Shown here piece after piece: positions 49,255 through 62,886 of a DNA stretch of 64,000 nucleotides (positions within the stretch are counted from its first letter, which is position 1; each line of letters opens with the position of its first letter). A program made the translations under genes and the position numbers. A model generated the notes under the pieces. It was not told where the DNA came from. It was given only the letters and a program-made list of their open reading frames with translations, and ran no database searches. Origin of the DNA: Squalus acanthias (lineage: Eukaryota); contig CM059431.1 in assembly GCA_030390025.1 (NCBI GenBank), forward strand, positions 103,728,001-103,792,000, read 5' to 3'.

Positions 49255-50354
49255 AGGAGAAGAAGGATAACATATGAGGATGCCAAGCATCTTGCATCCT
49301 TTGAGCCCCACCGCTGGCCAAGGGCTCAGCCATGCTCCTGCCAAAAATAGCCAGCACTGTCTCCTCCTACGGGGTGAGGCGAAGCTAGGAATTGGAGGCG
49401 TGCCTCGTGCTGGTACAGATTGTTGGTAGGTGAGTGATGGGGGAGTTGTGCAATGAGCAGTGTGTGAGGCTAGTGGTGCAGTTGGTAGGTGACGGCTTTT
49501 GAAGATGCATTCACTGACCTTGACCAGTGGTTTCAGGTCATGAAGCTTCTTTGAGCACTGGATCCCGGACCTGGGGGCAGAGTCAGCCTCGGTTGTCTGG
49601 TCCTACTTTCTGGAGGGCCTATGGGTACAGGACCTCTCTTGCAGTGTTGACCCCCTGCACAAAGCTGGAGTGTTGCGTGTGAGACCCTGGGTGCCAATTC
49701 CCTGACGTGCTGAGCCATTTGTGTTAGAGCTGAAGCACTTGTACCATTCTTTTATGTGCAGAATTATTTTTAATGTTTATTTTTTTCCAGAAGCAGTTGA
49801 GCTCTAAGGGCTAAAGACTGCCTATTTTTAAATGATTTTTATTTTTTCATTTTAGTAGGCAGTTCCCCTTTAAGGGATCTGACGTAAGAAAACTACTAGG
49901 CACTTGGTCTAAGCATTAAACAAAGCTTTAATCAACTGTTTTCCAACATGGAGGTCTAGTTGTGTCCTTTTCTAGTTCCTGTTAAAGAATGTCCTGAGCA
50001 AGCTGGGCCCATGCCTGAGTAGTTATACTCTCCCTGGACAGCGCCAGCAGCAGGCCGTCCAGTATTATTTCATAAGTCATTTCCACATGAATGACAAGAT
50101 TCATGTCAGGTTCGACACTGCTTTCTAAAATGACAGGCTAGCTTTAAGAGAACGCTGCCTCGCTCCAGGGACGTGACGGCCATGCTACATTGGGCCTCCT
50201 GCTGAACGCACCACCCGAAACAGCGTGTCACACTGCCAGTATAATGTAAATCAGCAGGCAGCGCCACGATACTGGTGCTGTCTGCGCTCTTTTTTCAGGC
50301 GGCCGTTAACTTCGGCCCGCGGTGGAACCGGCCCACATGAATTTCGAGGCCAAG

Positions 50355-51400
50355 TACTTTATATCGAGCCTTTCACGACATCAGGACGCCCCAAAGCCTT
50401 TTAAAGATTTTGAAGTGTTGTCAGTTTTTGTAATTTAGGAAACGCAGCAGCCAATTTGCACACAGCAAGCTCCCACAAACAGCAATGAGGCAATGAGGCA
50501 ATGACCAGATAATCTGTTTTAGTGATGTTGGTTGATGAATGAAAATTGGCCCAGGACACCGGGGAGAACTCCCCTGCTCTTCTTCGAAATAGTGCCATGT
50601 ATCCATTCCCAGATGTCATCCCCAGCATTGAAGTTTTGACCACGCTCGATCAGCTCCGATGGACGGGTCACATCGTCCGCGTGCCCGATACGAGACTCCC
50701 AAAACAAGCGCTGTACTCGGAGCTCCGACACGGCAAGAGAGCCCCAGGTGGGCAGAGGAAACGCTTCAGGGACACCCTCAAAGCCTCCTTGAAAAAGTGC
50801 AACATCCCTAACGACACCTGGGAATTCCTGGCCCAAGACCGCACAAAGTGGAGGAGAAGCATCCGGGAAGGTACCGAACACCTCGAGTCTCTTCGCCGGG
50901 AGCAAGTGGAAGGAGCGCACGTCAACCCAAGCACCGCACCCACCCGCCCCTTCAACCACCGTCTGCCCCACCTGTGACAGAGGCTGTAGATCCCGCATTG
51001 GACTCATCAGTCACCTGATAACTCATTTTTAGTGTGGAAGCAAGTCATCCTCGGTTCCCAGGGACTGCCTAAGAAGAAGAAGAAGGAGAGTGCCATGTGA
51101 TTGTTTATGTCGACATGAGAGAACATAAACATAAGAAATAGGAGCAGATTTGGCCCTTCGAGCCTGCTCCGCCATTCAATAAGATTATGGCCGATCTTCG
51201 ACCTCATCACCACTTTCCTGCACGGAGAGGGTAAGACAGGGCCTCAGTTTAACATTTGGCCAACTCCGAAAGACGGCAGCGCTCCCTCAGTGCTGCACTG
51301 GAGTATCAGCCTAGGTTTCTGTGCATCAAGTCTCTGGAGTGGGGCTTGAACCCACAACCTTCCGACTAACAGAGGTGAGGGTGCTGCCCACTGAGCCACT
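50355..51400 (-). mobile_element. Deu-type SINE interrupted by RTE and CR1 insertions
   Basis: Tail at 50355-50600, core resumes at ~51225, head to ~51400. Confidence 0.8.
50601..51088 (+). mobile_element. RTE-clade LINE 3' end
   Basis: QLRWTGHIVRVPDTRLPKQALYSEL..GKRAPGGQRKRFRDTLK...AQDRTKWR; (AAG)n tail; 10-bp TSD AGTGCCATGT at 50591 and 51089. Confidence 0.9.
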
Positions 51401-51494
51401 GAGAGCATAATAATTTTGTAGAATCTTTTATATAGTAAATCTCTTATTTCGTACATGCATCATACACTTTAAAAAATAAAACCTGACCTCAGGA

Positions 51495-51754
51495 TAGGGT
51501 TGCCAACCCTCCAGGATTGCCCTGGAGCCTCCAGGAATTGAAGATTAATCTCCTGGACACTGCGGGGAGCAAAGCCCGGGAGAAAAATCATAGGGGTATT
51601 AAAAAATGTTTTAATTTTTTTTCAATTTGTTTGAATTAGTGATAAAAAATATTCGATTTTGGGGAAAGGGCAGTTTGACTGAGCGGGGAAGTTGGAGGCA
51701 GGAGGTCTTGTGATGAAACCTCCAGATTATGTCCGACCAGAGTTGGCGACCCGA
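51495..51754. mobile_element. hAT-type MITE (TAGGGTTGCCA ends)
   Basis: TAGGGTTGCCAAC / GTTGGCGACCCGA; related copies at ~51997-52430 and ~60385-60798. Confidence 0.7.
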
Positions 51755-54179
51755 GCTCGGGGGGACTAATGTGTGCGGAGTGAGTGCTGAGGAAATTAGC
51801 CGCGACAGGTCAGTTCTTTTGCTGCTTGCAGTCCGCTTTGCAGTATTGCAAACCACATTTATTCTGCAGTAAGAACATTTTTAATAAAATAGGGCAAGAA
51901 TTCTTCTGAGTTCTCGATTAGAATGACCAGGCGAGGGTGTGAGAGCCGCCTTAAAGTGTAAACAACGTAAACTTTCCATAAAAACCGCAGTTAGTATGGG
52001 GTCGCCAACCCTCCAGGGTTGCCCTGGAGTCTCCCGGAATTGAAGATTAATCTCCTGGACACACTGCTGTGAGAAACCCAGGGGAAAAAATCATTGGGGT
52101 ATTAAACAACATTTTTAAAATTTTCTTTGAACTCTTATTTATTAGTACTAAAAATATTGGAAATGGGGATAAAAGGCTGTTTGACTGACAGCCAAGAATC
52201 ATCCAATCAGGTAACAAAGAGTCTATTCACTTTCCAATTGGCCGCGGGAAGGCGGAGCGCCGCGAGGATGGATGTGCTGGGCGACCAATGGCGGGAGTGT
52301 GGGGGCGGGGCGTCGCAAGGATGGACGTGCTGGCCGACCAATGGCGGGAGTGTGGGGGCGGGGCGGTGGAGGCAGGAGGTCACATGATGAAACCTCCAGA
52401 ATACGTCCATCCATGTTAGAATGGTGATCAATAGAGTCCAGGAGAAATATATATCACTGAAAAGCAAGAACAAACTAGCCAGCAATGACACACCGTGGAT
52501 GAATAAAGAAATAAGGGCTAAATTGAAACTAAAAAAAAAGAGGCATACACTAAGTACATAGACATCAAAGGAGAGATGACAAAAGGGAAAACAAAAAGGT
52601 TAGGAAAGAAATAAAAAAACACTTAGGAAGGCAAAGGGAAACTACAAAATTAAAGAATATAAAAAGAAATTGTAAAGTATTCTACAGACACATAAATAAA
52701 GAAAGAAAAATCAGGATAGAGATAGGGCCACTAATGGATACACATGATAACCTCACAGGTAATGAAAACAAAATGGCAGAAATGTTAAATAATTACTTTG
52801 CTTCAGTATTTACCAGGGAGACTAACAAGGTGGACATGATATTGGAAGAAGAGATCAAAAAACATATAAAGACATTTAAGATAGAAAGCAGGGAGATGGT
52901 TGATAATCTAATCAGACTTAGAGAGGACAAAACCCCTAGTTTGGATGGATTGCATCCGGGCATATTAAAAGTAGTTATGGAAGAGATAGCTGAGGCACTA
53001 TTGCATATGTATAAAATTTCATTTGATAAGGGATAATGTCAGAGGACTGGCGGACAGCTAATGTGATTCCTATATTTAAAGAGGGAGTTAGAACAATTAG
53101 CTTAATGTCGGTGATAGGAAGTTAATGGAATCCTTATTCAAAGATGTAATAGAAAAACATATAGAAACTGAAAATATAATAAAGAGTGGTCAGCACGGAT
53201 TTCAAAAGGGAAGTCATGCTTGACCAACCCTATTGAATTCTTTGATGAAGTAACAGAAAGGGTAGATAAGGGTAATGTAGTAGAAGTAATATATTTGGAT
53301 TTTCAAAAGGCCTTCGATAAGGTAACACATAGTAGACTCATGACTAAGGTCAGAACATGTGGAGTAACAAGATAAGTAGCAGAATGGATAGCATGCTGGC
53401 TACAAAACAGAAAACAGAGAGTAGAGGGTTCAAGGTAATTACTCAGACTGGCTAAAGGTGGTAAATAGTGTTCCACAAGGATTGGTGCTGCGACCACTGT
53501 TCTTCACAATTTATGTAAACAATTTGGACTCGGGAATCAGAAGTACAACTTCAAAATTTGCAGGCGACACCACATTGGGTGATGTAGTTAATACAGGGGA
53601 GGACTGCAACAAAATACAGGAAGACATTGATAAACTTGCAGAATGGGTGTGTAATTGGCAAATGAACTTCAATATAGAGAAGTGTGAGGAGGTACGTTTT
53701 GGTAGAAACATTAAAGAGGCCACATGCTCCTTGGTAAATAAGTGTCTAAATGGGGTAGAGGAATAGAGGGATCTGGGGGTACAGATACATAAATTACTAA
53801 ATGTAGCAACGCAGGTTAATAAGGCCGTAAAAAAGCAAACAAAGCACTGGGGTTAATTTCTAGAAGGTTAGAATTGAAAAGCAGAGAAATTATGTTACGC
53901 TTGTATAGAACTTTGTTAGATCACACTTGGAGTACTGTGAACAGTTCCATGTTACAAAAAGGATATGGAGGCACTGGAGAAGGTGCAAAAAACATTTACT
54001 AAGATGATATCAGAACTGAGAGGTTATACCTAACAGGAAAGATTGAACAGGCTGGGGCTCTTTTCTCTAGAAAAGAGAAGACTGAGGGGTGACCTAATAG
54101 AGGTATTCAAGATTATGAAATGGTTTGATAGGGTAGACGTAGAGAAGATGTTTCCACTTGCAGGGGAGACCAGAACTAG

Positions 54180-55020
54180 TATCATAGAATGGTTACAGCA
54201 GAGAAGGAGGCCATTCGGCTCGTCGAACCCGTGCCGGCTCTCTGCAAGAGCACTTCAGCTAGTCCCACTCCCCCGCCCTTTCCCTGTAGCCCTGCAAATT
54301 CTTTTCCTTCAGGTACTTATCCTATTCCCTTTTGAAAGCCGTGATTGAGTCTGCCTCCACCACCCTTTCAGGCAGTGAATTCCAGATCATAACCACTCGC
54401 TGTGTAAAAAAGTTTTTGCTCATGTCGCCTTTGGCTCTTCTGCCAATCACCTTAAATCTGTATCCTCTGGTTCTCGACTCTCTGCCAATGGGAACGGTTT
54501 CTCTCTATCTACTCTGTCTAGACCCCTCATGATTTTGAACTCCTCTATCAAATCTCCTCCCAACCTTCTCTGTTCTAAAGAGAGCAACCCCAGCTTCTCC
54601 AGCCTATCCACGTAACTGAAGTCCCTCATCCCTGGAACCATTCTTGTAAATCTTTTCTGCACCCTCTCTAAGGCCTTCACATCCTTCCTAAAGGTCGGTG
54701 CCCAGACTTGGACACAGTACTCCAGCTGGGGCCAAACCAGTGTTTTATAAAAGTTCATCATAACTTCCTTGCTTTTGTACTCTATGGTGGAAATTTTGCC
54801 TACCTGGGCGGGTCTGGTGTGGGCAGTGGCCCATGTCGGGTCTCCACCCCACTGCCAAAAATAACAACAGTCCCACCCGCCCCACCACCGATCGCGCCCG
54901 TTACCACCCCGGAAAATTCCAGCCAAAGCCTCTATTTATGAAGCCCAGGATCCCGTATGCTTATTTGACCACTTTCTCAACCTGCCCTGCCACCTTCAAC
55001 GATTTGTGCACCCATACCCC
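54180..55020 (-). mobile_element. CR1 3' fragment nested in the longer CR1
   Basis: PQLEYCVQVWAP...RRLGGDLIE on minus; host CTAG duplicated at the two junctions. Confidence 0.85.
54785..54925. mobile_element. Small MITE nested in the nested CR1
   Basis: Ends TGGTGGAAATTTT / AAAATTCCAGCCA interrupt TTGTACTCTA|GCCTCTATTT. Confidence 0.6.
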
Positions 55021-56329
55021 CTAGAGGCCATAAATATAAGATGGTCACTAATAAATCCAATAGGGAATTCAGGGAAAACTTCTTTACCAAGAGAGTGGTG
55101 AGAATGTGGAACTCGCTACCACAGGGAGTAGTTGAGGCAAAGATGCATTTAAGGGGAAGCGAGATAAACACATGAGGGAGAAAGGAATAGAAGGTTATGC
55201 TGATGGGGTGAGATGAAGAAGGGCGGAAGGAGGCTCGTGTGGGGCATCAACACCGGCATGGACCTGTTGGGCCGAATGGCCTGTTTCTGTGTTGTAGATT
55301 CTACGTAATTCTATGTAGAATCATCCCATTCAACACATCAAGTTTGCTCCATCTTATAGGTTCTGTTTCAGAATCCGATCTATTATTACATTGAAAAGAA
55401 TGTGATGTATGACAGGGGTATATATTCGCATTGTATTGCCAGCAAACCAGAAAGCATAGTATCTCTTGCCTTCTTAGCACACGACATATTTTAACTTACT
55501 TGCAGTAATAGCGGATGATGGCAGTAGCTGACTGCAGTCATCCTTCACTGCTCTGCCCCTGCTTTTTCAATCGTTGACCAAATATTACACAGGTACAAAT
55601 AAAGGCGCTCTAACTACCAACCTTTCCTCATTTCCTCGTGTTTCATGAATTAGAAACCACTTTGCACGGGGCTAACAAGCACCTTGTGAAATTCTTTCTT
55701 CAAAATCGCACCTGTTTTTTTTTGCTCCAGCAGTCACCTTACACAGAGGAGCAATCAGGATCAAATGTGTAACAGCAGGAAAGTGGCACTTAGCCAGGCT
55801 GGTCATGAACTGAAATAAGGTTCTAAGTGGAGCCTTAATTCCACAGTGGCAGGACCATAGCCAGTGGTGAGAATGGTACAAATATCAAACCAAGCTTCCA
55901 CAGAAAACACATTGGGGGAAAAAAAAAACACAGGTGCTTTAAGAACTACGATTTAGAATTTCTATCTTGGCAGACACTGGTCCACTGTTTTGACAGGAAA
56001 TTTGTTGGAAATGTACAGAATTACAGCCAAAGCACTAATACCATAGGCCGATCTTGCTGGAGTGGGGCATCTCGCGGTGTGCCCCATTAGTTAGACTTCT
56101 TCGTGCATGTTTAGATTTTAAATATTTTTGCCCACTTTGCTGGAAGTGTGAGCTGATAACGGTGCAGCGAGGGCAGCGGGGCGTCTGGGGCTTCGGTGGC
56201 GCGCGGCGATGGCGCACTAGAACGGAAAGGCCTGAAGATCGTCCTAAATTGGTCCTCGGACCTCATCATTAGAATTCCGGTGATAAGGGCCTAACCAGTT
56301 TCAGCCGGCGCAGAGGCCTAGGGGTAAGT

Positions 56330-56890
56330 TAGAATCATAGAATCATAGAATGGTTACAGCACAGAAGGAGGCCATTCGGCCCGTCGAGCCCATGCCGGCT
56401 CTCTGCAAGAGCACTTCAGCTAGTCCCACTCCCCCGCCCATTCCCTGTAGCCCTGCAAAATTTTTTCCTTCAGGTACTTATCCAACTCCCTTTTGAAAGC
56501 CACGATTGAGTCTGCCTCCCCAACACTCTCAGGCAGTGCATTCCAGATCCTAATCACTCGCTGGGTAAAAAAGTTTTTCCTCATGTCACCTTTGGTTCTT
56601 CTGCCAATCACCTTAAATCTGTGTCCTCTGGTTCTCGACCCTTCTGCCAATGGGAACAGTTTCTCTCTATCTACTCTGTCTAGACCCTCATGATTTTGAA
56701 CACCTCAATCAAATCTCCTCTCAACCTTCTCTGCTCTAGGGAGAACAACCCCAGCTTCTCCAGCCTATCCACGTAACTGAAGTCCCTCATCCCTGGAACC
56801 ATTCTCGTAAATCTTTTCTGCACCCTCTCCAAAGCCTCACATCCTTCCTAAAGCCCAGAATTGGACACAATACTCCAGTTGAGGCCGGTT
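56330..56890 (-). mobile_element. CR1 3' fragment
   Basis: RTKGDMRKNFFTQRVIRIWNALP; (AGAATCAT)n tail in reverse. Confidence 0.9.
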
Positions 56891-56904
56891 TAAGCATATG
56901 GAGG

Positions 56905-57232
56905 GAGTCATGGGAGAGCCTGGGTGCAGCCATGCACCTCTGTGCAGTGTTTGTCAGTGTTTGCAGCACCTCAATGCTGTAGAACACTGACAGCAAAACT
57001 GTCAAAATCAATTTGCGCGCGGTCCCTTTAAGGAAAGCAGCTGATGACATGTCTTCAAGTGACGTCATCAGACCCACTTCCTTCAATTGGCCGGCAAACG
57101 CGCTGGGCGGGCTGAACAAGCCCAATCAGGGTAAAATCATTCTACAGAGCTGGCTGGAGCCGGCAGCGAGGTCGGGAACCGCCACCGACCCCGGCCTCAC
57201 CGGACCCGCTGAGGTCGGGGAAATTGCGGCCA
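56905..57232. mobile_element. Terminal fragment of the 14118-15886 Harbinger family
   Basis: Close match to 15570-15886. Confidence 0.8.
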
Positions 57233-57574
57233 TAGCCACAGAAGTAAAATGTGATGCAAAGCCAAGCGTAGGCTTTGATAAAATGCTCAGCACAGCAGAT
57301 AGAGAGAGGTCAAGGATGCATTCAGACACTGAAAAGTACAATTCACGAATTCTGCAGCTCAAGTAATGAATAAATCAGATTGGTAAAAAAAAGGCATTGA
57401 AACAAAACATGGTAAAAGGAAACACAACTAAAGAGGAAAAAAAACAGAAATCAGGAAGTTACAGATGAGGGAAGAACTACAATGAAAACAAAGAGGTTGA
57501 GAAGGCAGAAAAGGCTACAACTTGATTCTCAAGCCATGGCCTCCATCCCATGCATACTCACCTCTGTACTATTA

Positions 57575-58250
57575 CATATAATTACATAGAATTTACAGTA
57601 CAGAAACAGGCCATTCGGCCCAACTGGTCCATGCTGGTGTTTATGCTCCACACGAGCCTCCTCCCACCCACGTCACAGAATGATATAGCACAGAAGGAGG
57701 CCATTCATCTACCCCTATCAGCAGATCCTGCTATTCCTTTCTCCCTCATGTACTTATCAAGCTTCCACTTAAATGCATCTATGCTATTCGCTTCAACCAC
57801 TCCAGGACAAAGCAGCCCGCTTGATTGGCACCCCATCCACCACCTTAAACATTCACTCCCTCCACCACCGGCGTACCGTGGCTGCAGTGTGTACCAATGA
57901 CAAGATGCACTGCAGCAACTCGCCAAGGCTTCTTTGGCAGCACCTCCCAAACCTGTGACCTCTTCCACCTAGAAGGACAAGGGCAGCAGGCGCATGGGAA
58001 CACCCCCACCTCCAAGTTCCCCTCCAAGTCACACACCATCCTGACTTAGAAGTATATCGGCCGTTCCTTCATCGTCGCTGGGTCAAAATCCTGGAACTCC
58101 CTCCCTAACAGCACTGTGGGAGCACCTTCACCACGCGGACTGCAGCGGTTCAAGAAGGTGGCTCACCACCACCTTCTCAAGGGCAATTAGGGATGGGCAA
58201 TAAATGCTGGTCTTGCCAGCGACGCCCACATCCCATAAACGAATAAGAAA
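57575..58250. mobile_element. CR1 tail (-) joined to CR1/L2-related LINE 3' end (+)
   Basis: GGCCATTCGGCCC tail; QDKAARLIGTPSTTLNIHSL. Confidence 0.8.
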
Positions 58251-58679
58251 AAGTATATGTCGTAAGTTTAAGTGGGCAATAATGTGTTCTATGTACATAG
58301 GGCTGAGATTGCAGAATTTTGAAAGAATCATTTTGGGCATCTCTGGGCTTTTCTTGTTATTGTTTAGTAGTTTTTTATTGAATGGGTCTGCAGTTTGGTT
58401 GATGAAATAGATAAGAGCTATAGGTGTAGTAGGCCGAGTGCCTTTCAAATTGAGTCACATAATTGCAAATGCTCACACGATCAATGTCCGTCAATTAGAA
58501 ATGATTTATGTCCAATTCTTAGATTAAAAGCTGCACAAAATAATGATCTAAAGGGACTTACTCTAACGAGCAAGGACCTGCACAGGGATGCTCAGCTCAC
58601 TACAGGCACCCCCTAGAATGGAGAACTCCTCTCCTTACTTGCTTTAAGAGTGAAATGGACCTACTTCCTAGTTGCCATG

Positions 58680-59480
58680 GTGAGATGAGAAGAATTATTT
58701 TTATGCAGCAAGATGTTGTGATCTGGAACGCGCTGCCTGAAAGGGCAGTGGAGGCAGATTCAACAGTAACTTTCAAAAGGGAATACTTGTAAAGGAAAAA
58801 TTTGCAGGGCTGTGGGGAAAGAGCAGGGGGGAGTGGGACTAATTGGAGAGCTCTTTCAAAGAGCCGGCACAGGCACGATGGGCCGAATGGCCTCCTCCTG
58901 TGCTGTAAGATTCTAAAAGAAATCACTATTAACTGGCAACCTCACCGCATGTGGCTCGGTGTCAAAATCGCTTGTCCGATAATCGCTTCTGTGAAGCAGC
59001 TTGGGACGTTTTACTACATCAAAGGCGCTATATAAATGCAAGTTGTTGTTGAGGTTATTTAAAAAAAAAATTAAAACTAAGTCCCCTGAACAAGCACCAG
59101 AGATATACCCACCTGCCCCATACTACAACAACTTGCATTTATACAGCACCTTTAACGTAATAAAACGTTCTAAGGCGCATCACAGGAGCGATTATCGGAC
59201 AAAATTTGACACCGAGCCACATAAGGAGATATTAGGACAGGTGGAGGTAGGTTTTAAGGAGCGAATTAAAGGACGAGAGCGTACTAAAGACGTGGAGATG
59301 TTTAGGGAGGGAATTCCAGAGCTTGGGGCCCAAACAACTGAAGGCACGGCCGCTAATGGTGGGACAATGATAATCGGGGAGGCGCAAGAGGCCAGAATTG
59401 GAGGAGCGCAGAGATCTCAGAGGGCTGTGGGGCTGGAGGAGGTCACAGAGACAGGGAGGGGCGAGGCCATGAACTGTTTG
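58680..59480. mobile_element. CR1 tail (+), then L2 ends (+ 58935-59050, - 59120-59480)
   Basis: Family-specific tails as above. Confidence 0.75.
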
Positions 59481-60592
59481 AACCTAGAGTTTTGATGAAA
59501 TTGCATTCTTATCTATGTATGCAGCTGTTACAGTAACTAACTCGAAATCTTTACTTTTAGGTAGTTCGAGCGTGCACTTCATAATATAAACTGCCGCTGA
59601 ATTCACAAAACTGAGAAGGAAATTTGTGCCCCAGATTAAAAACCAGGCCGCCTGTACAAATCACCCACCAAAGTGATTCGTAATAATTTGTCTGCACTGA
59701 ATGGAGAACTAGAAATAACTGGAAATAAAGCAGCGATACTGTATTTAGCAAGTGGACAAGCTGCAAGTTTAAGGCCTGTCAGGGGTTTCTCCGATACTGG
59801 TCCCCGTTACACACAGTTCTTGGCTCAACCTTTGATTTGTTCGTTTATTGAACGCACACACACAATTACTTCTCCAGTATAAATCCCTACGATTTATCTA
59901 CCAACCTTCAGTATTTCCTGGCCCCCTCTGAGCATGCGATGGCCATATCAAAATGTATGAATTGTTCCTGGTATTGTCCATTGATTTGAGATATCTTTTT
60001 GACAATGCAACCCTCCCAAAGTGACTGCATGTGCGAAGCTGTTGGTTTCTGTTGGCTTTCGTATTCAAAAGGTTCGAGGGCCCGGCCCATTGTCTAGGCC
60101 TGCACTGAAACTGGTTATTCGGGGGCCATGGTCTAAGGTGGACAATGTAACCCCTTAAGGTACATGAATATGCAGATGTTCTTGTTCAGACTTTAGATTC
60201 GTATATTAGATTGTCTGTGATCCAGTCTCTTTAAGGTTCGTAGTTTTGGCTGCAATGATTGAGTTAACCCTTTATTGCCGAGCCCTTTTTGCGGGCTGTG
60301 CACTTCTGGGTTTTTATATTTCATAGTCCAATATTTTTACCGTTGTGGTGGGGGGGGAATTGATCCTACAGGCCCTGGAAATCTAGGCGTGGGTTTGCCA
60401 AGCCTCCAGGATTGTGCTGGAGTCTCCAGAAATGTAAAGATTGATCTCGAGGACACTGCTGCCAGTAAACTCATAGGGCCATTAAAGAAGTGTGGGTTTT
60501 TTCCATTGCATTTGTCTATTAGTTATAAAAAATTTTGGAGATAGGGGGAAAAAAAGGATGTTTGACCAGGTGGGGCGGTTGGAGGCGGGAGG

Positions 60593-60747
60593 CAATGTTC
60601 ACCTCTGGCGCGGGCACGCGGTAACGGGAAATGTCCCGCGCACCGGCTTTTACATCATAGGTACCGCGCATGCGCAGAAATTTAAAGGGACCGCACATTA
60701 AAAGAAACAGGCCGCGCAGAACGAAGCGCAGCTCACGGGGAACGTTG
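60593..60747. mobile_element. hAT-type MITE nested in a TAGGGTTGCCA-type MITE
   Basis: Ends CAATGTTC / GAACGTTG; TSD GCGGGAGG/ACGGGAGG; shares the GCGCATGCGC core with 5727-5865. Confidence 0.7.
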
Positions 60748-60984
60748 ACGGGAGGGCAAGTGATGAAAGCTCAAGTCCAACCAGAGTTGGCCAGCCTACG
60801 TGAGGAGAAAGAGAGGGTGGGAGGCACAGGCAGCACAGATGGGTATCTGGGTCATTAGCAGATCTTAACACATTTGCCCTGGTCAGGAACGACCAAGAAT
60901 GCTTCTGTTTTTTTTCTGGTTACCGGGACGCTGATATAACATTTTGTCTTGAATAAAGCAACAATGAATTGAGAGATTTTTTAA

Positions 60985-61265
60985 AAAAATTCGTTCCTGG
61001 GATGTGGGCATCGCTGGCCAGGCCAGCATTTATTGCCCATCCCTAATTGTCCTTGAAAAGGGTGGTGGTGAGCCGCCTTCTTGAACCGCTGCAGTCCGTG
61101 TGGTGAAGGTACTCTCACGGCACTGACTTTGTCGTAGCGGTTTGGTACAAGTGAGTGGCTCGCTCGGCCATTTCAGGGGGCAGTTAAGAATCAACCACAT
61201 TGCTGTGGGTCTGGAGTCACATATAGGCCAGACTGGGTAAGGACAGCAGATTTCCTTCCCTGATA
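60985..61265 (-). mobile_element. SINE fragment of the 14060-16221 family
   Basis: Tail and core in reverse. Confidence 0.7.
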
Positions 61266-61551
61266 CATTTCTCACCAGCAGATAAAGAAAAAGAAAGACT
61301 AGCGCCTCTCACAACCTCAGGATAGCCCAAAGCGCTTTAAAGTCAGTGAAGTACTTTTGAAGTGTGGTCACTGTTGTTTGCCTGTGATTGCTCAGACAGG
61401 GGCTGAAATAAGATGAACGTGTAAAACTGCCTGTAGTACAGCATAATTGGTGTTAATATGATACTCTAAATCCCATTTTATTGCATCACGCAAGCTCTAC
61501 AAATATTAAAAACAAATCTTTATAAACCATGGCTACCAAACCAATTAATAA

Positions 61552-62150
61552 TAACAACAACAACAACTTGTATTTATATAGCGCCTTTAACATAGTAAAA
61601 CGTCCCAAGGTTCTTCACAGGAGTGTTATAAGATGAAAAAGTTTGACACCGAGCCACATAAGGAGAAATTGGGGCAAATGACCAAAAGCTTGGTCAAAGA
61701 GGTAGGTTTTAAGGAGTGTCTAAAAGGAGGAAAGAGAGGTAGCGAGGCGGAGAGGTTTAGGGAGGGAATTCCAGAGCTTAGGGCCGAGGCAACAGAAGGC
61801 ACGGCCACCAATGGTTGAGCGATTATAATCAGGGATGCTCAAGAGGGCAGAATTAGAGGAGCGCAGATATCTCGGGGGGTTGTGGGGCTGGAGGAGATTA
61901 CAGAGATAGAGAGGGGCGAGGCCATGGAGGGATTTGAAAACAATGATGAGAATTTTGAAATCGAGGCATTGATTAACCGGGAGCCAATGTAGGTCAGCGA
62001 GCACAGGGGAGATGGGCGAACGGGACTTGGTGCGAGTTAGGACACGGGCAGCAGAGTTTTGGATCACCTCAAGTTTACATTGGGTGGAATGTGGGAGGCC
62101 AGCCAGGAGTGTGTTGGAATAGTCAAGTCTAGAGGTAACAAAGGCATGGA
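61552..62150 (-). mobile_element. L2 LINE 3' fragment
   Basis: ORF 61720-62067 IQNSAARVLT...LHWLPV...FKIL...LHGLAP...RAFC..GPKLWNSLP. Confidence 0.92.
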
Positions 62151-62437
62151 TGACACTAATAATAAGAATAACACTAATACAACATCCATAAATCCAGAGG
62201 AGAACCTTTGTGTTTCAAATTCCAACAAGGTTGTACAAGTAATATTCACTGTCCATTTGGATATCATTCATAAATTCAAAGCTGGCAACCATTTTATATC
62301 TGCTTCATCAGTTATTCCAGAGTATCGTGAGGTGAAGAATATTCTACAATGTGACAAGCTGAAAACTGTATTGTTTGCAAATAGTCACAATGGCACTGAT
62401 ATTCTGAATCTGCATGTAAACGCCAAATAAATAGGTG

Positions 62438-62886
62438 GAAAGAACGACTTGCATTCATATAGCGCCTTTCACAACATCCCCAAGTGCTTTACGGCCAATG
62501 AAGTACTTTTGAAGCGTAGTCACTGTAGGAAACACGGCAGCCAATTTGCGCACAGCAAGCTCCCACAAACAGCAATGTGATAATGACCCAGATAATCCGT
62601 TTTATAGTGATGTTCATTGAGGGGATAAATAGTGGCCCAGGAAACTGAGGAGAACTCCCCTGCTCTTCTTCAAAATAGTGGCCTTGGCATCATCTACATC
62701 CACCTGACAGGGCAAACGAGGCGTCAGTTTAACATCTCATCCGAATGACAGTACCTCCGACAGTGCAGCGCTCCCCTCAGCACTGGGGGGTGCCGGCATA
62801 GATTTTGTGCTCAAGTCTCTGGAGTGGGGCTGTGATCCCACAATCTCTCCACCTCAGAGGTGAGAGTGCTACCCCCCTGAGCCACA
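62438..62886 (-). mobile_element. Deu-type SINE
   Basis: Same architecture as the other copies. Confidence 0.82.

Larger units (their letters stand above)
45806..50352. mobile_element. Deleted Harbinger element carrying nested insertions
   Basis: Ends AGGCCGAGAAATT / AATTTCGAGGCCA; left subterminal AAAAATGGCGGCCGCC as in 27418; Myb remnant on minus (RELAPRVSHATL; RTWIQC-like) at 49510-49718. Confidence 0.65.
52470..55318 (+). mobile_element. Long CR1 ORF2 remnant (RT region) with nested insertions
   Basis: AEMLNNYFASVFT, DGLHPGILK, LDFQKAFDKV, VPQGLVLRPLFF, KFAGDT; tail at ~55315. Confidence 0.92.
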
